Source: the human T2T-CHM13v2.0 reference genome, Homo sapiens. Taken from it: a stretch of 64,000 bases of DNA. Positions 45,398 through 64,000 of the stretch are shown one piece after another. How positions within the stretch are numbered: the first letter of the stretch is position 1; each line of letters begins with the position of its first letter. The stretch lies in assembly GCF_009914755.1 (NCBI RefSeq), contig NC_060930.1. One strand, written 5' to 3'. Made by a program: the position numbers and the translations under genes. The notes under the pieces are model-generated. The model saw only the letters and a list, made by a program, of their open reading frames with translations. It was not told where the DNA came from and made no database searches.

Positions 45398-47029
45398 TGA
45401 ATATAAAACTTTCAGATGCCAGCAGGCCTCTCAAGTAGGAAGTAGGAGATATGAGCTGAGGCTTGGAAGAGCAGGTAAGATCAAAAATACAGATTTAGGG
45501 TCATCTACATGGATTTGATGGTTGAAGGCAGAAAGACAATGAAATTACCCAAGGAGAGAGTAGAGAAAGAGCAGAGGGACTGATGACAGATTCTGTGAAA
45601 ATGGCCTCATTTGTGGAATGGGAAGAGAAAAGGAAGTGACTAGGAAATGAAGGGCAATGTACAAGAGTGAGATTTTCTCAGCAAGGATGGGTCAGCTTTG
45701 GCAAATGCTACAGAGAGCGTGTAGGAGAAGAGGGATCCCACCACTTTGTTTGGAGCCGTGCGAATAGGCGAGCGAGGGGTGTGAGGGGGCCATCTCCTAG
45801 GGCAACAGTGTGCTCTCTTGCTCTCTTTCAATCTTACATAGTTCTTTAGCTCTGTATTTTTAAATTAAAAGATGTTTTGATATACTTGATTTTTTTTTTT
45901 TTTTTAAATTTCTGAGCCCTAGAGTGAGCTCCCCACTTTGGCAGAGCTGGGCTCAATCCTGTATTCATTGTTTGCCGTTGGGAACCCTGATGGTTCATTC
46001 AACCCTGGACAATGCTGGGGCAGGCCCAGTGCCGCCACCCTGCATGGTCCAGTGAGGATAGCACCGCACTGGAGCCCCCAGCATAAGCTGGCCTCTCAGC
46101 TGGGACACTGAGCCCACTTTACCCTCTGAGCCTCAGTTTCCTGTCTCTAAAGTGCTGACTATGCCTGCCTTAAAGGGCAGCTAGGAAATGAAATGAGATC
46201 GTCTAGTAAAGCGCCCATAACAGGGCAAGGCACATAGTAGGCACTCACCAGAAAGCCATTCAATAAAATAAGATCAGAATTACCCAAACCTGAAGCTTCA
46301 AAGAGCAATTATTTCTGATGGGATAAAAATGTAATCACAAGAAATTAAGAAGACAGAGTCCAAGATGACTTTCAAATATTTAATCTTTTTGTTCGGGCTT
46401 TGATAAGCAATGTAGAGAAGAGCACCAAAGAGAAACTAAAATTGGAGGAGGGTGTTAGGGTAATGTATGGGATTCTGGGTACATGATGGACCCCAATTCT
46501 CAGAGCCAGCTATTCTTTGCTTCAAGATTTGGGGAATTTAAGAGAGGCCTTCAACTGAAGTCTGGGGATTTGATCAAGCAGTGACTTAAGTTATTATTAG
46601 TAATGAAGGTTGTACCAGGCTGGCCGGGGTCTTTTAACTCTTGCTTTAGTTATGTTTCATAGTTTTTAAATGTAGAGATTAATGCATTTGTATTTAGGTG
46701 TTTAGATAATTATAAGTATGTGTACTTATGCTGGAAATTATGTTAATTCTTTATCTTGCGCGACCCCACCTATTGGAAGCCTAACTCTTCAGACTGTGCA
46801 ATCAGAACCAAGGTAGCAGTGTCTACCAGTAGAACTTTGCTCTGATTATTGGAGGAAGTAAACTGCATACCTATAAAATGGGAGCAAATAGCCCCATGAT
46901 TGTATTTCCTAAGTTCTTACAGATAATTTTTTTTTGGAGATTTGATAATTTAAACCAAATTTAAAGCATTTATTTTGAAGGTTTTGCTTGAATAGCAAGC
47001 AGTAGATGAGGTTTTTAATTTTCTTTTTG

Positions 47030-47525
47030 TTTTAATTAAGGTATAATCTACATCCAATAAAATGCTTAGATCTTATACGTTTGATGAGTTTGACAAAAGT
47101 AGAAAGCCACGTAGCCCCTACCCTTATCAAGATACAGAAGGTTTCTGTCACCTCAGAAATTTCCTCCCACCTCTTCTCATTAATCCTCATTCTTCTACCC
47201 TCCTCCCAGAGGGAACCATTTTTCTGATCTCTTTCACCATAGATAAGCTCTGCCTGTTCTAAAACTTTATATAAACGGAATATACAGCATGTACCCTTTT
47301 GTGTCTGGCACCTTTTTAAACTTTTATTCTGAACTAAGTATAAATTCACAAGATGTTGCAAAAATAGTACCGAGATGTCCTGTGTACCCATCATCCAGCT
47401 CCTCCCAGTGGTGATATCTTACATAACTATTGTACATTATCAATAGGAATTGATATGGATATGCCATAGTTACCTAGAGTACTATATCTGGTTTATTTTG
47501 CTTAGCATATTGTTTTTGAGATTAG
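47030..47525 (-). mobile_element. L1MB-type 3' end with a nested second L1M 3' fragment (about 47320-47490)
   Basis: tttgatgagttttgacaaa...ccttatcaagatacagaa and gatgttgcaaaaatagtac...ctgtgtacccatcatccagc. Confidence 0.6.
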
Positions 47526-47547
47526 ATGAAGCTATTTTAGGGGTTAG

Positions 47548-47842
<295 letters not shown>

Positions 47843-49680
47843 TAACTAACCACTCACGTGCCCAGTTGCCACGAGAGAGTAGGCATTTGGGGCCCAGGTT
47901 CTTCCTCTTCCCTTCTCTTCCCTTTCCTAGGAAGGAGCTGTCTATAGGCAACTCATGTTCTCCTCCAATTTTCCAGGGACAGCAGATCTGAAGATCTGAG
48001 AAGACTCAGAAACCTAAATATGTAATGCCTTGGGTTTTTTACTTGGAAATAAGAGGCTAAGGAGGCTGGGGATGGGGATAAAGTTATCACCGTGGTTGGA
48101 GGATGTGGCTGATAGCTGAGGCAGGCATGCTTTCTAATCCTGAGTCCTAGAATTAGATTTACCCACCCAGTCACAGACCATGTCTGTCCCTGGAGGAGCA
48201 GAACACCTTTGTTCTGATGGCAGCTCACTTCTAAAAGAGGAAGGGAAGAGAGGGACCAGGTAGGGGCTGGACTGGGAGGGTCTGATTCCTGTCCCAAGCT
48301 CACCAATCAGGAAGTGAGGGCGGTGGATGGCCAGGAGTGTTATGCTAAAAGACAGATCAAGGGTGGAAATGAGGCTCCTACTGTGTCTGAGGAGAGCCAT
48401 TTGCTCTCAATTAGTGCTCTGTCTGCTCAGCCTCCTCTCTTCACTGTAGATCTATTAGTTGTGGCAGTAAGGAAATGTCACTAGCTTTAGCATATAATTG
48501 TGAATAGTGGTTTCATTGCTTGGTAGTTCTTAATGCACTATCTTTTTCAGACTCCTTTTTCTTGTTTTGCTGCATTGCCATTCTAGATTGTTTGTATGAT
48601 ATTCAAAATTTCTCCTGTATTGAATACATACATAGCCACAACTAGAAGAATCAGCTACCTACTCATTTTAGTGAAGTAACTGGCATAGAGGCAGTAAATG
48701 GAGAAACAACAATAAACAGAGCCAAATGTTAAATAGAGTCTCAAAGTAGGACATTGGAGGTTTAAGGAGGACAGAAGCATTTCCTGCTAAGTCGGACACC
48801 CATGGTAGGGATGTGCCAAGTAGGCCTGTGTAGCCAGGCACCGAGTGTTATCAAGGATTATTAATTAATATTACCTTCATATGCATATATCTTAATAAAT
48901 TCCAAGAAAAGCTTAGACATGCATGTTACCAGTGATTTCACATGTCTAGCAGCATCTTGTCATTGGTTTCTTTTGTCTCAGCCAGAACTGTACAAATCAT
49001 ATATGAGACAATATGAAACTTCTTGGGTTACCACACAGGCTCTGGTTTTGGCATATATGTGGCCTCAATTGGGCACAAGTTCAAAGAAATGAATCTGCCT
49101 TTATTAATAGAGGGAGATGGCTTAGCTGAGGTTGGAAAATAGTGGCTTTAGTCATAAATCATTTCACACTGTTTGTGGTCTCTGGCGGCTGCGTTTATTC
49201 TTTTACATCATCAGTGGGAAGTCAACAATTTTGCAGTTGGCAGTTAAGTTGAGACAAAGCTCGAGGGATTTCAGTTGTGGATATTCCAGATGATTGCAAA
49301 ATGCTTTTAGAGACCAGTGCCAAATAGAGTAGGGAGGCAATAGACCAAGAAACTGAGGCCAGGGCACTAGCCTACCTGGGAGCTGATAGACTTCTGAGCT
49401 TCAATGAGTCACAAGCTCCTCTGATCTGGGGCAGCTCTGATGGCAGGTTGCCTTCTAGAGCAGAATCTGGTGAGTTCCTTGAGGACAGAGTACTCTGATG
49501 GAGGAAGGGCACAGAGGGAAAAGAGAGGGCCGTCCACTCTGGACATGATCAGTGTGTGTGGAGGTTGCCCCACCTCGCACCCACCCACTGCAGTAGAGAA
49601 CGCAGGAATGAGACCACAGCTGCTGGGCCTGTGTTGTGTCCTCAAGTCCAGTGATCCAAGTCCGGAGGGCCCCCCCACCC

Positions 49681-49845
49681 TTTTTTTTTTCTTGAGACAG
49701 AGTCTCACTGTGTCACTCAGGTTGGAGTGCGGTGGTGCGATCAAAGGCATGGCTCACTGCAGCCTCAGCCTCTGGGGTTCAGGCGATTCTCCTGCCTCAG
49801 CCATGAGAGTCGCTGGGATTACAGACCTGAGCCACTGGGCCCAGC
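49681..49845 (-). mobile_element. Alu monomer/recombinant fragment
   Basis: gagacagagtctcactgtg...gggattacagacctgagccactgggcccagcc. Confidence 0.75.
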
Positions 49846-51369
49846 CCCATATTTTAAGACAAATATTTCCTGTGTTTGCTAAGGTTTCTCAATTAATTAA
49901 TAGTTGAAAACACAATTTGAAATTGATAATTAAGTACCTATAGTCAACTTGAAAAAAACAGAAGCTAAAGCTTTTGAGTTCTCATTTTACTGTATTAAAA
50001 TGTAGTTGTGCATTTATAAATGATCTAATTTCTTCTTAGTACATTTTTTCCCTTTAAAATGGGTCTCCCAATACTGACTACACAATGAAAACTTTGAGGC
50101 TTACATAATTCAATGTGAGCTGGGTAGCTTTGCCAAGTCTCCAGGTGTTTTCCCTGACTGAGGGTGGTACCTGTTATGATCAAATAATTTGGGGAACATG
50201 GAAAGAAGCTTTCTCAGAAAAGTGAGCACCAGAAAGTTGTCAAGTGTAGCTCAGTCATTTTTCAGTAGTAGATTGGTAACCAGAAGCAAAATGGAATGTT
50301 TCTTCCTGGGTATTTACCAAAACCTTAGGTCCCCTTTTGTCCTAAACATCACCTAACAATTGCTAATAAGCAAGGAAACTTACATTTGTATTAGTCCTCT
50401 TTGTGGATTATCAGTGTCATTTTCTTCTCTTTTTTCTTCTTCCTATGGGCTGCCTTCAGGATTGCAAGTCCCACAGGATTGCAAGTTAAGAGATGGGGGA
50501 AAAGATAGGAATTAAAACTTGTGTTTTTCAGTGTGCTATTTCTTGGTGAAATGCTACTTAAGAGGTTGAGAATTTCTCTACTAAGTCCTTTAGAGACTAA
50601 ACAAGACTTTTTTTAAGTAAGGGATTTGAGGTGGTTTGAAAGATTATATACAATAAAAAAGAAAAATGTGTGTTTAAGTTTGTGCATTTATAGATAATAT
50701 AAATTAGAATAGAAAGTTAAGAAAGAAATGGATGCACACCTCCAAGCATGAAGCTTGGGCTTTGGTTAACTCCTGCTTTGGGGGAGGGCCCAGTGGGTGG
50801 GCTTTTCTTGAGGGTGGGAAATAAAGACCCTGCTGTAGAGCACAGAACTCATTGATAATTTTCACAGATTTATCTCTGTTCAACTGAGAGTTCTTGTTTT
50901 CTTTTTTTTAATTTTCACTTGTATATAATGAATTCAAAAGTAGGAGCAAAATTCAGTTAAATGGGTTGACTTGGAACTTGCCTTTACTGTGACCACATGA
51001 TTTAGCTAGACTCTCCTCCCCACACCCTTTTTTTTTTTTTTTTCCTGCATTTTTTCCAGAAAAGGCCACTGGTCTGAGCATTCAGGGCCCCACCATCATC
51101 CCACAGTGAGATTGGTGGCTCTCAGAGGTTGGTGACAAGTCTCTCAAGATACAGGGCCTTCAGAGCTGCATCTGCGTGGTGGCCTTTTCCTGATCCTTCT
51201 CCCTCAGGGTTTTAGGCCCTGGTTCACCCAGGCCTCTGCTAAGCTCCCGCACTTTCTTGCCAGAGGTGTCTTAAAGGGAAAAACCTCTCTTTTGTCGCTC
51301 CTGTCCCTTCTTTCTTTCTTCCCCCTCCTCATTCCCCTCCTCCTTCCCCTTCTCATTCACTCTTCCAGC

Positions 51370-53140
51370 CCTCCAGTAGCTGAACATTTAAGAGCTTTTT
51401 ATGAGCACATTTGTTGTCCTCTGAATAGAAAGAGGAATAAGAAGTGGTTTGTACCCTAGAGGAGCTCACCATGGGAGAGAAGATGCCTGAAGACAAGTGA
51501 CAATGCTTCTGTGATGGGGGTTGTAGAGGCAGGAACAGGATGCTTTGGTAACACGGAAGAGGAAGGAGAGGAAGTGACTGATCAGCCTCGGAAAGGACTT
51601 CACAGAGAAGTTATCTTGAGCTGGGTTTTGAAAAATGAGCAGGAGGCCGGGCGCGGTGGATCATGTCTGTGATCCCAGCACTTTGGGAGGCCGAGGCGGG
51701 CGGATCACTTGAGGTCAGGAGTTCAAGACCAGCCTGGCCAACATGGCAAAACCCTGTCTCTACTAAAAATACAAAAATTAGCAGGGTGTGGTGGTGCTTG
51801 CCTGTAATCCCAGCTACTCGGGAGGCTGAGGCAGGAGAATCGCTTGAACCCAGGAGGCGGAGGTTGCAGTGAGCTGAGATCGAGACTCTGTCTCGAAAAA
51901 GAAAAAAGAAAAAAATGAGCAGGAGATGGCCCGGGGGAGAAGGGGTGGCAAAGTGTAATCGAGGGCACTCTGGGCGGAGGAAGCCGCCTATTCAAAGGCA
52001 TGGCGTCATGAAGGGTTGAGGACCTCATGTGGTGCAGAGTCTGAAAGATGGCCAGGGTGGTGCCGAGGCAAAGGAGATGAGTTTGGAGGGATAAACCACA
52101 CTTCAGAGACTGAGGAACCTTTAGGCTATGGGTGCTACTGGCTGGGCCGGAAGTCGCAGGAGGCCTTTGAGCAGGGAAGGCGGAGCTTTGAGATGCCCCC
52201 TCTGGCAGCAGTGAGCAGCTATGGGGGCAAACTGTGGAAGGAGCCCATCCAGGGGGCTGTAGAGTTTGGGTAAGAGATGAAGTGAGCTTAAACTGAACCA
52301 GTGACGCTGGTGATGGAGAGAAGGGGTGAACGTGTGACCAGTCAGGTGGGGAAAGGGGTGGGGCCCGGGAGTTTAGGAGCTTGGGAAGGAGCTGCTGTCA
52401 GAAATGAGATAGGCTAGAGAACAAATACACAGAGGCTGGTCCCCTTCCAGAGAGTTCATTTTTCTTTCATCCGTTATTTTTTATTCTGTGATGGATGGGG
52501 GTTATAGAGGCAGGAACAGGATGCTTTGTTAACACGGAAGAGGAAGCGACTGATCGGCCTCTGAAAGGTCTTAAACATAGACAAGTTAGCCTGAGCTGGG
52601 TAACTACAGAGTCCATTTTTCTTTCATCCATTATTTTTTACTCCTCTGCTTTCAAAAAAAATCTTAAAATCTGTCTACCTCAGAGATATTGTCTGCTTAG
52701 CCCATGGTGTTCTGATATCCCAGTCTTTCCTTTGTAGATGTCCACCCCTTCATTCATTCCATTAATAAATGCCTATTGAGCGCCCACCATGTACCAGGCA
52801 CTGGACTTGGAGCTGGATGTACAATGGTGAAAAGGATGAACAAGGTTTATGCCTTCACTGAAGCGTCTAGTCTGGAGGAGTAGACAGATAGTAAACCATA
52901 ATATTAAATAACCTAGCATTAAGTAGAGTTTATGGGGGCATATATGGTATGAGATGAAGCTTGACGGGTTGAGAAGGAACAGATCTGTTGAGCCTTGTAG
53001 ACCATGGTCAGGGAACTGAATATTATCCTGGGAGCTATGGACAAAAAGCCAATATGGCTTGGAGTAACAGAAAGCAGAAAGGCAGGATTCTGGGATATCT
53101 CTGCTTGAGCAACTAGGTTGATGGTGTCATCTATTGAGCT
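51370..53140 (-). mobile_element. L2 fragments (about 51370-52330 and 52750-53140) with a sense AluS at 51645-51915
   Basis: cattcattccattaataaatgcctattgagcgcccaccatgtaccaggcac; Alu TSD aaaaatgagcaggag. Confidence 0.65.
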
Positions 53141-53851
53141 ATTGCTGTGTATTTTTCAAATGTATGGTATATGTTTCATGCATGTTATTTCTACCAGCAC
53201 CACAAATGACAAATTTGGAAATACGTGAGGTATTGTATATTACTCAACTGTGTGTATCACGTGCAGTAAATGGGTAGGAATTTCAATCAAATGACATGTC
53301 ACATATAAATGTGGGCTTTCTCTCCTGACTTGGGTTATTTATGAAAGTTATGTATGTGGGGCAGAAGAAACTTGAGCTGTCTAAACTTTTGCTAATGAGG
53401 TGAGAATAAGGCCTGAGAAGGAGAAAAAATTGAGATTGAAACAAGAAAATAAAAGCTCCTAAGGAAACTATGGTCCTTTCTGCTGGCAATGTCCCTTGCC
53501 AGAGCTTAGATGTGGGGAGCGTGAAGATGACTATGGATTGGGATGTCCCATCTTTGATGCCTTGGGGACCAGGGAAAAGGAACTGTTGGTGTGCAGTGAC
53601 TGGAATGGGTATTTCATGGTTTCCCATGATGTCTGTCTGCATGGGAGTTACACAGGCATCTGTACTCTTCCGTCTCCATGGAAGAGAGTTTTGAGGCATC
53701 CTCTGAATTAATGTAAACCAGTAGTGCTCCGGTGCCTGGGCTGTCTCAGGAGAACAGGTGGAAACGGGGTCAGATGATGAGAATTTTCCATTTTATGACA
53801 GCAATGGAATTCCTAGAATGGTTCATTAGTCTTCACAAAAGATCTATTCCT

Positions 53852-54145
53852 GGCTGGGCGCAGTGGCTCACCCCTGTAATCCCAGCGCTTTGGGAGGCTG
53901 AGGTGCTTGGATCACTTGAGGCCAGGAGTTTGAGACCAGCCTGGCCAACATGGCGAAACCTTGTCTTTACTAAAAATACAAAAATTAGCCAGACATGGTG
54001 GCACGCACCTGTAATTCCAGCTACTTGGGAGGCTGAGGCACGACAATTGCTTGAATGGGGGAGGCAGAGGTTGCAGTGAGCTGAGATCCTGTCACTGAAC
54101 TCCAGCCTGGATGACAAAGAGAGACTCTGTCTCCAAAAAAAAAAA
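53852..54145 (+). mobile_element. AluS (Sz-like)
   Basis: Full Alu body with A tail. Confidence 0.9.
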
Positions 54146-55498
54146 GTCCATTCCTTAGCTTAGAAGAAGACTACATTGTGACATTGTTTAGATCTATGGA
54201 GTTAAGTGGAATACTCAAGTAGTTTGTTTCACTTCCAATGTTTGGGATACTGAAACTTTCAGGGAAGAATTTACAGAATCATTGTATAATTGAATTGATT
54301 ACAAAAGACATGTACACATTTATTTGAAGCTTTTTTTTTTTTTTTTTACATTTTCTGTGTTTTCAGGGTAGTCAGTTATATTTTAATGTATCTTTTTGTT
54401 GCTGTTGTTATAAGGAAAAACTAATCATGTCATCTTAAAAATTGTTTTTAAAAGTTTATATACTATGGCTGTAAGGATGCTTTATGTTTACATGATGCTT
54501 TACAGTATTAGATAAGTAATAAAAACAGTGCTACATGTTTCCATTTGCTACACACAACCCCCCGAGAGGTGAGCAGTGCTTGTCACCTGCTTTTCACAGA
54601 TGAGGAAATGGGGAAGTGGAGGAAGGAGTGGCTGCCCCTGGGCACTTCACTAGGAAGAGATGATGGCAGCGATGCCATTCACACATCTTATCTCATAGAA
54701 TCCTCACAACTGCTAGGGAAGTATCATCACCTCTACTTTATTGAATGAGAAAAATGAGCTCTGGGAGGTTAAATAACTAACCCAGGCTGATGGGTGGTGA
54801 GGCTGAACTGGCTCTTAACCAGTAGCTTTCCTGTAGTGTCCCACAAGGAAGGAGCACACTGCATATTAAAATTATTAGATAACAACATTAGTTTTATGAT
54901 TTACTAAACTCTTCTCTTCTTGACTCTTTGACGAAGGTAAAGTAGATAGCTTTCCTGAATTTTTTTTTTTAATAAAATAAGACAAATTTGTGAGATCTTA
55001 ATACTTGTCTCTTGGGAGAGAATGAGACTAAAGATCTTAAATATTCCTTGGCCACATCATTCATTATCTGATGCTATTTATAAAAGCATAGAACAATCAG
55101 ACAAGAATACCTATAAAATTAAAAAAAAAAAAGAAAGAAAAACATAGAACAAGAAGTTTCTAATCTGCAGAACTGATGTGGCTATCACAGGGCCAGCTGA
55201 AGATCTTAGGAGTGTTAGCAAACCTAGATGATGGTTTGTTTAACCCTGGGTTTGGGGTATACCAATTGCTTACTAAGATTAATATTTCATTCTTTACCTT
55301 TCAACCAAATTAGGCTTTCTTTGTTTTCATTTGTTGCTACTTGTGCCTAGGCTCACATTCCCTGGTGGGAGATGCATAGCGGGAGCTTTGCTTAGCTACT
55401 GATATAAGGAAATTTATGAAATGAATTGTACTATGCTGTTTCGTGTGGTTATATTTTTTCAGTTCAAAAAAAATGGCACAAGCATGCTTTTATCCTAG

Positions 55499-55644
55499 GT
55501 GACTGCTACATTGAGAAACTTGGTTGATTCATCATTAGTAAGAAGTAAGTTCCTAAACATCAGTGCCCTTCCCCAGCTCTGCACGGCAATGGAACAGTAC
55601 AAGGGTGACAAGGACGTCTGTACCAATATTGCCAGAATATTCAG
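55499..55644 (+). CDS. ARMC2: ARMC2 coding exon (146 nt, phase 0/2): VTATLRNLVDSSLVRSKFLNISALPQLCTAMEQYKGDKDVCTNIARIF
   Basis: Acceptor cttttatcctag|GTG, donor AG|gtaggt; ARM-repeat ATLRNL motif; in frame with the preceding exon. Confidence 0.93.
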
Positions 55645-56385
55645 GTAGGTAGACTAAGACGTGAAGTAGCCTTACAAAAATGCTAATGCTTAGATTTGGG
55701 GTTATCTTTAATATTTGCTTGTGTGACTGGCAAGGAATCCTTTTCCTTCTTTTTACTTCGCCTACCAGAAAGGGTAAATCTAGTGGCCCAAGTTAAAAAT
55801 GAACAATTCAAACAAATGACCCCATTGTCTATATGATTCTATTGTGATTCTAAACTCATTGGTTGTTAAGTCATTTTAGTTCTTTGGTGAGTTGTGAGCT
55901 ACGTGTGTGTGTTTAATCTTCCTCTCAGCTTATTTGAGATAAAAAACTGTATACAAAACACAGCAAACCTTCCAGTTTGCTAGGAAATAAACAAGAGTTT
56001 TAACTCAAAAAAGGGGATCAATGCTTAGAAAGTCTGATGTGACTTTGTAATAGAAGGTTATTCTATTTCAGCTATTTGAACTTTGGCTCAAGCTTTCACT
56101 AGTCAAGTCTACACTTACTTTATTTCTTCCAGAAATAATGATCATTTGAATCCAGGTTGCCTCCAAGCAAGACGTTGTTAAATTTCAGAACTGTCTTTGA
56201 ATTATGCATTTCTGTTTCCTCCCGCGCTGCTCTTTGTCAGTATTTTTACATAATGATTCTTCTCGGGAGCCTGAGGCTTTTCTTGAACTATAATGTTGTA
56301 GTTGTAAAGAAATGCAAAATTTCCTGAAGACTGAATTGGTACTTGACCCCAGGACCCCTGTATAAGGATGTGAGTCCAAATCTGA

Positions 56386-56552
56386 TTTTTTTTTAAATGA
56401 ATGTCAACTTGTATTATAGATTAAATGGTACACAGGTTTGTTACGTGGGTAAATTGTATGACGTGGAGGCTTGGGGTCTCGACAATCATGTTACCCAGGC
56501 AGTAAGCATAGTACCCAACAGGTGGTTCTTCAGCCCCAGCCCCCTCCTTCCC
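56386..56552 (-). mobile_element. Very short L1PA/PB 3'-end insertion (about 170 bp)
   Basis: gtacacaggtttgttacgtgggtaaattg...gtaagcatagtacccaacagg; TSD tcca(a/g)atctgat(t/c)tttt. Confidence 0.7.
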
Positions 56553-56894
56553 TCCAGATCTGATCTTTTTATACTGCACTTCCCTGAGCTTTGTTCTGGA
56601 TACCTAATTACTACCTATCTAATGCATTGTAGAATCATAAGGAATTTATTTTTGTTTATAGTGTCATGTAGAGGTCCAACTTCATATTTTTCCCATGTGG
56701 ATAGTTGATTGTTCCAGCACCTTTTACTGACTATGCCATCCTTTCTCACTGATTTTGTCAATCAGACAGAAAGTTCCATATAATTTCAGGTTTGTTTCTG
56801 GGCATTCTGTTTGGTTTATCCTCAGACCTGTACCACACTGTACTTACTATTACAGATTTAATTTGAGTTTTGCTATAAGATGAATCCTTCACTT

Positions 56895-57550
<656 letters not shown>

Positions 57551-57977
57551 AGAATCCAAACTCTTCTTGTTCTTTTCCCTTCCTTATGAACTTATTAATC
57601 TTGCATTGATAGCTCTTTAAAAATATTTACTTATTTATTTATGTATTTTAGCTGTCTCCTACAGGAAGGATATCCAAGAATCTTGATGAACATTAGGACT
57701 AGGAGTTTGTCTATAGATGCTCTTGAATTTTCTATGCATATTATCTACATATAATTTTTTTTTCAATTATTGTAATTCTTTCCCCTGTCCTCATCTCTTC
57801 TTTATTGCATTGTTTAGGAGTTCAATACAAAATTGTGAGTGTTGAGCCTGTTGTCTTTCTTCTGACTTTAAAGGAAATATTTTCATGGTTTCACTAGTTG
57901 AAAATAATATTTGTTGTAGGTTTTCCTAACTACCCTTTAGAAGATTAATGATTTTTTTTCTCATTAGTGGGTATTAA

Positions 57978-58304
<327 letters not shown>

Positions 58305-58313
58305 CCCACCCCC

Positions 58314-64000
<5,687 letters not shown>

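Overview
Human (primate, AluYa5-bearing) genomic DNA covering the middle of the ARMC2 gene (armadillo repeat containing 2, a motile cilia/sperm flagellum protein) on the + strand. Seven internal coding exons (3555-3762, 21891-21967, 27118-27216, 31640-31815, 38306-38408, 39742-39965, 55499-55644) have canonical AG/GT boundaries, matching phases and splice into one open frame (...KKTVESKETVMMGDSMV...CTNIARIF). From memory these are about exons 5-11. The start and end of the gene lie outside the window. The introns hold a minus-strand processed pseudogene of ATP5MF/ATP5J2 with a 17-bp TSD, about 35 Alu copies (one pristine AluYa5 with a 47-nt A tail), truncated L1PA/L1PB/L1M pieces, L2, MIR, MLT1 and hAT/Tigger fossils, and large simple repeats. 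I see no new gene system, and nearly all long ORFs in the track are repeat artefacts. The most unusual signal is a set of local templated-insertion and template-switch scars. Three 100-260 bp segments were copied from 1-3 kb away and are flanked by short direct repeats or microhomology, each next to a retrotransposon insertion site. Several small inverted-copy insertions and palindromes accompany them. Repeat subfamily calls and percent identities come from manual inspection.
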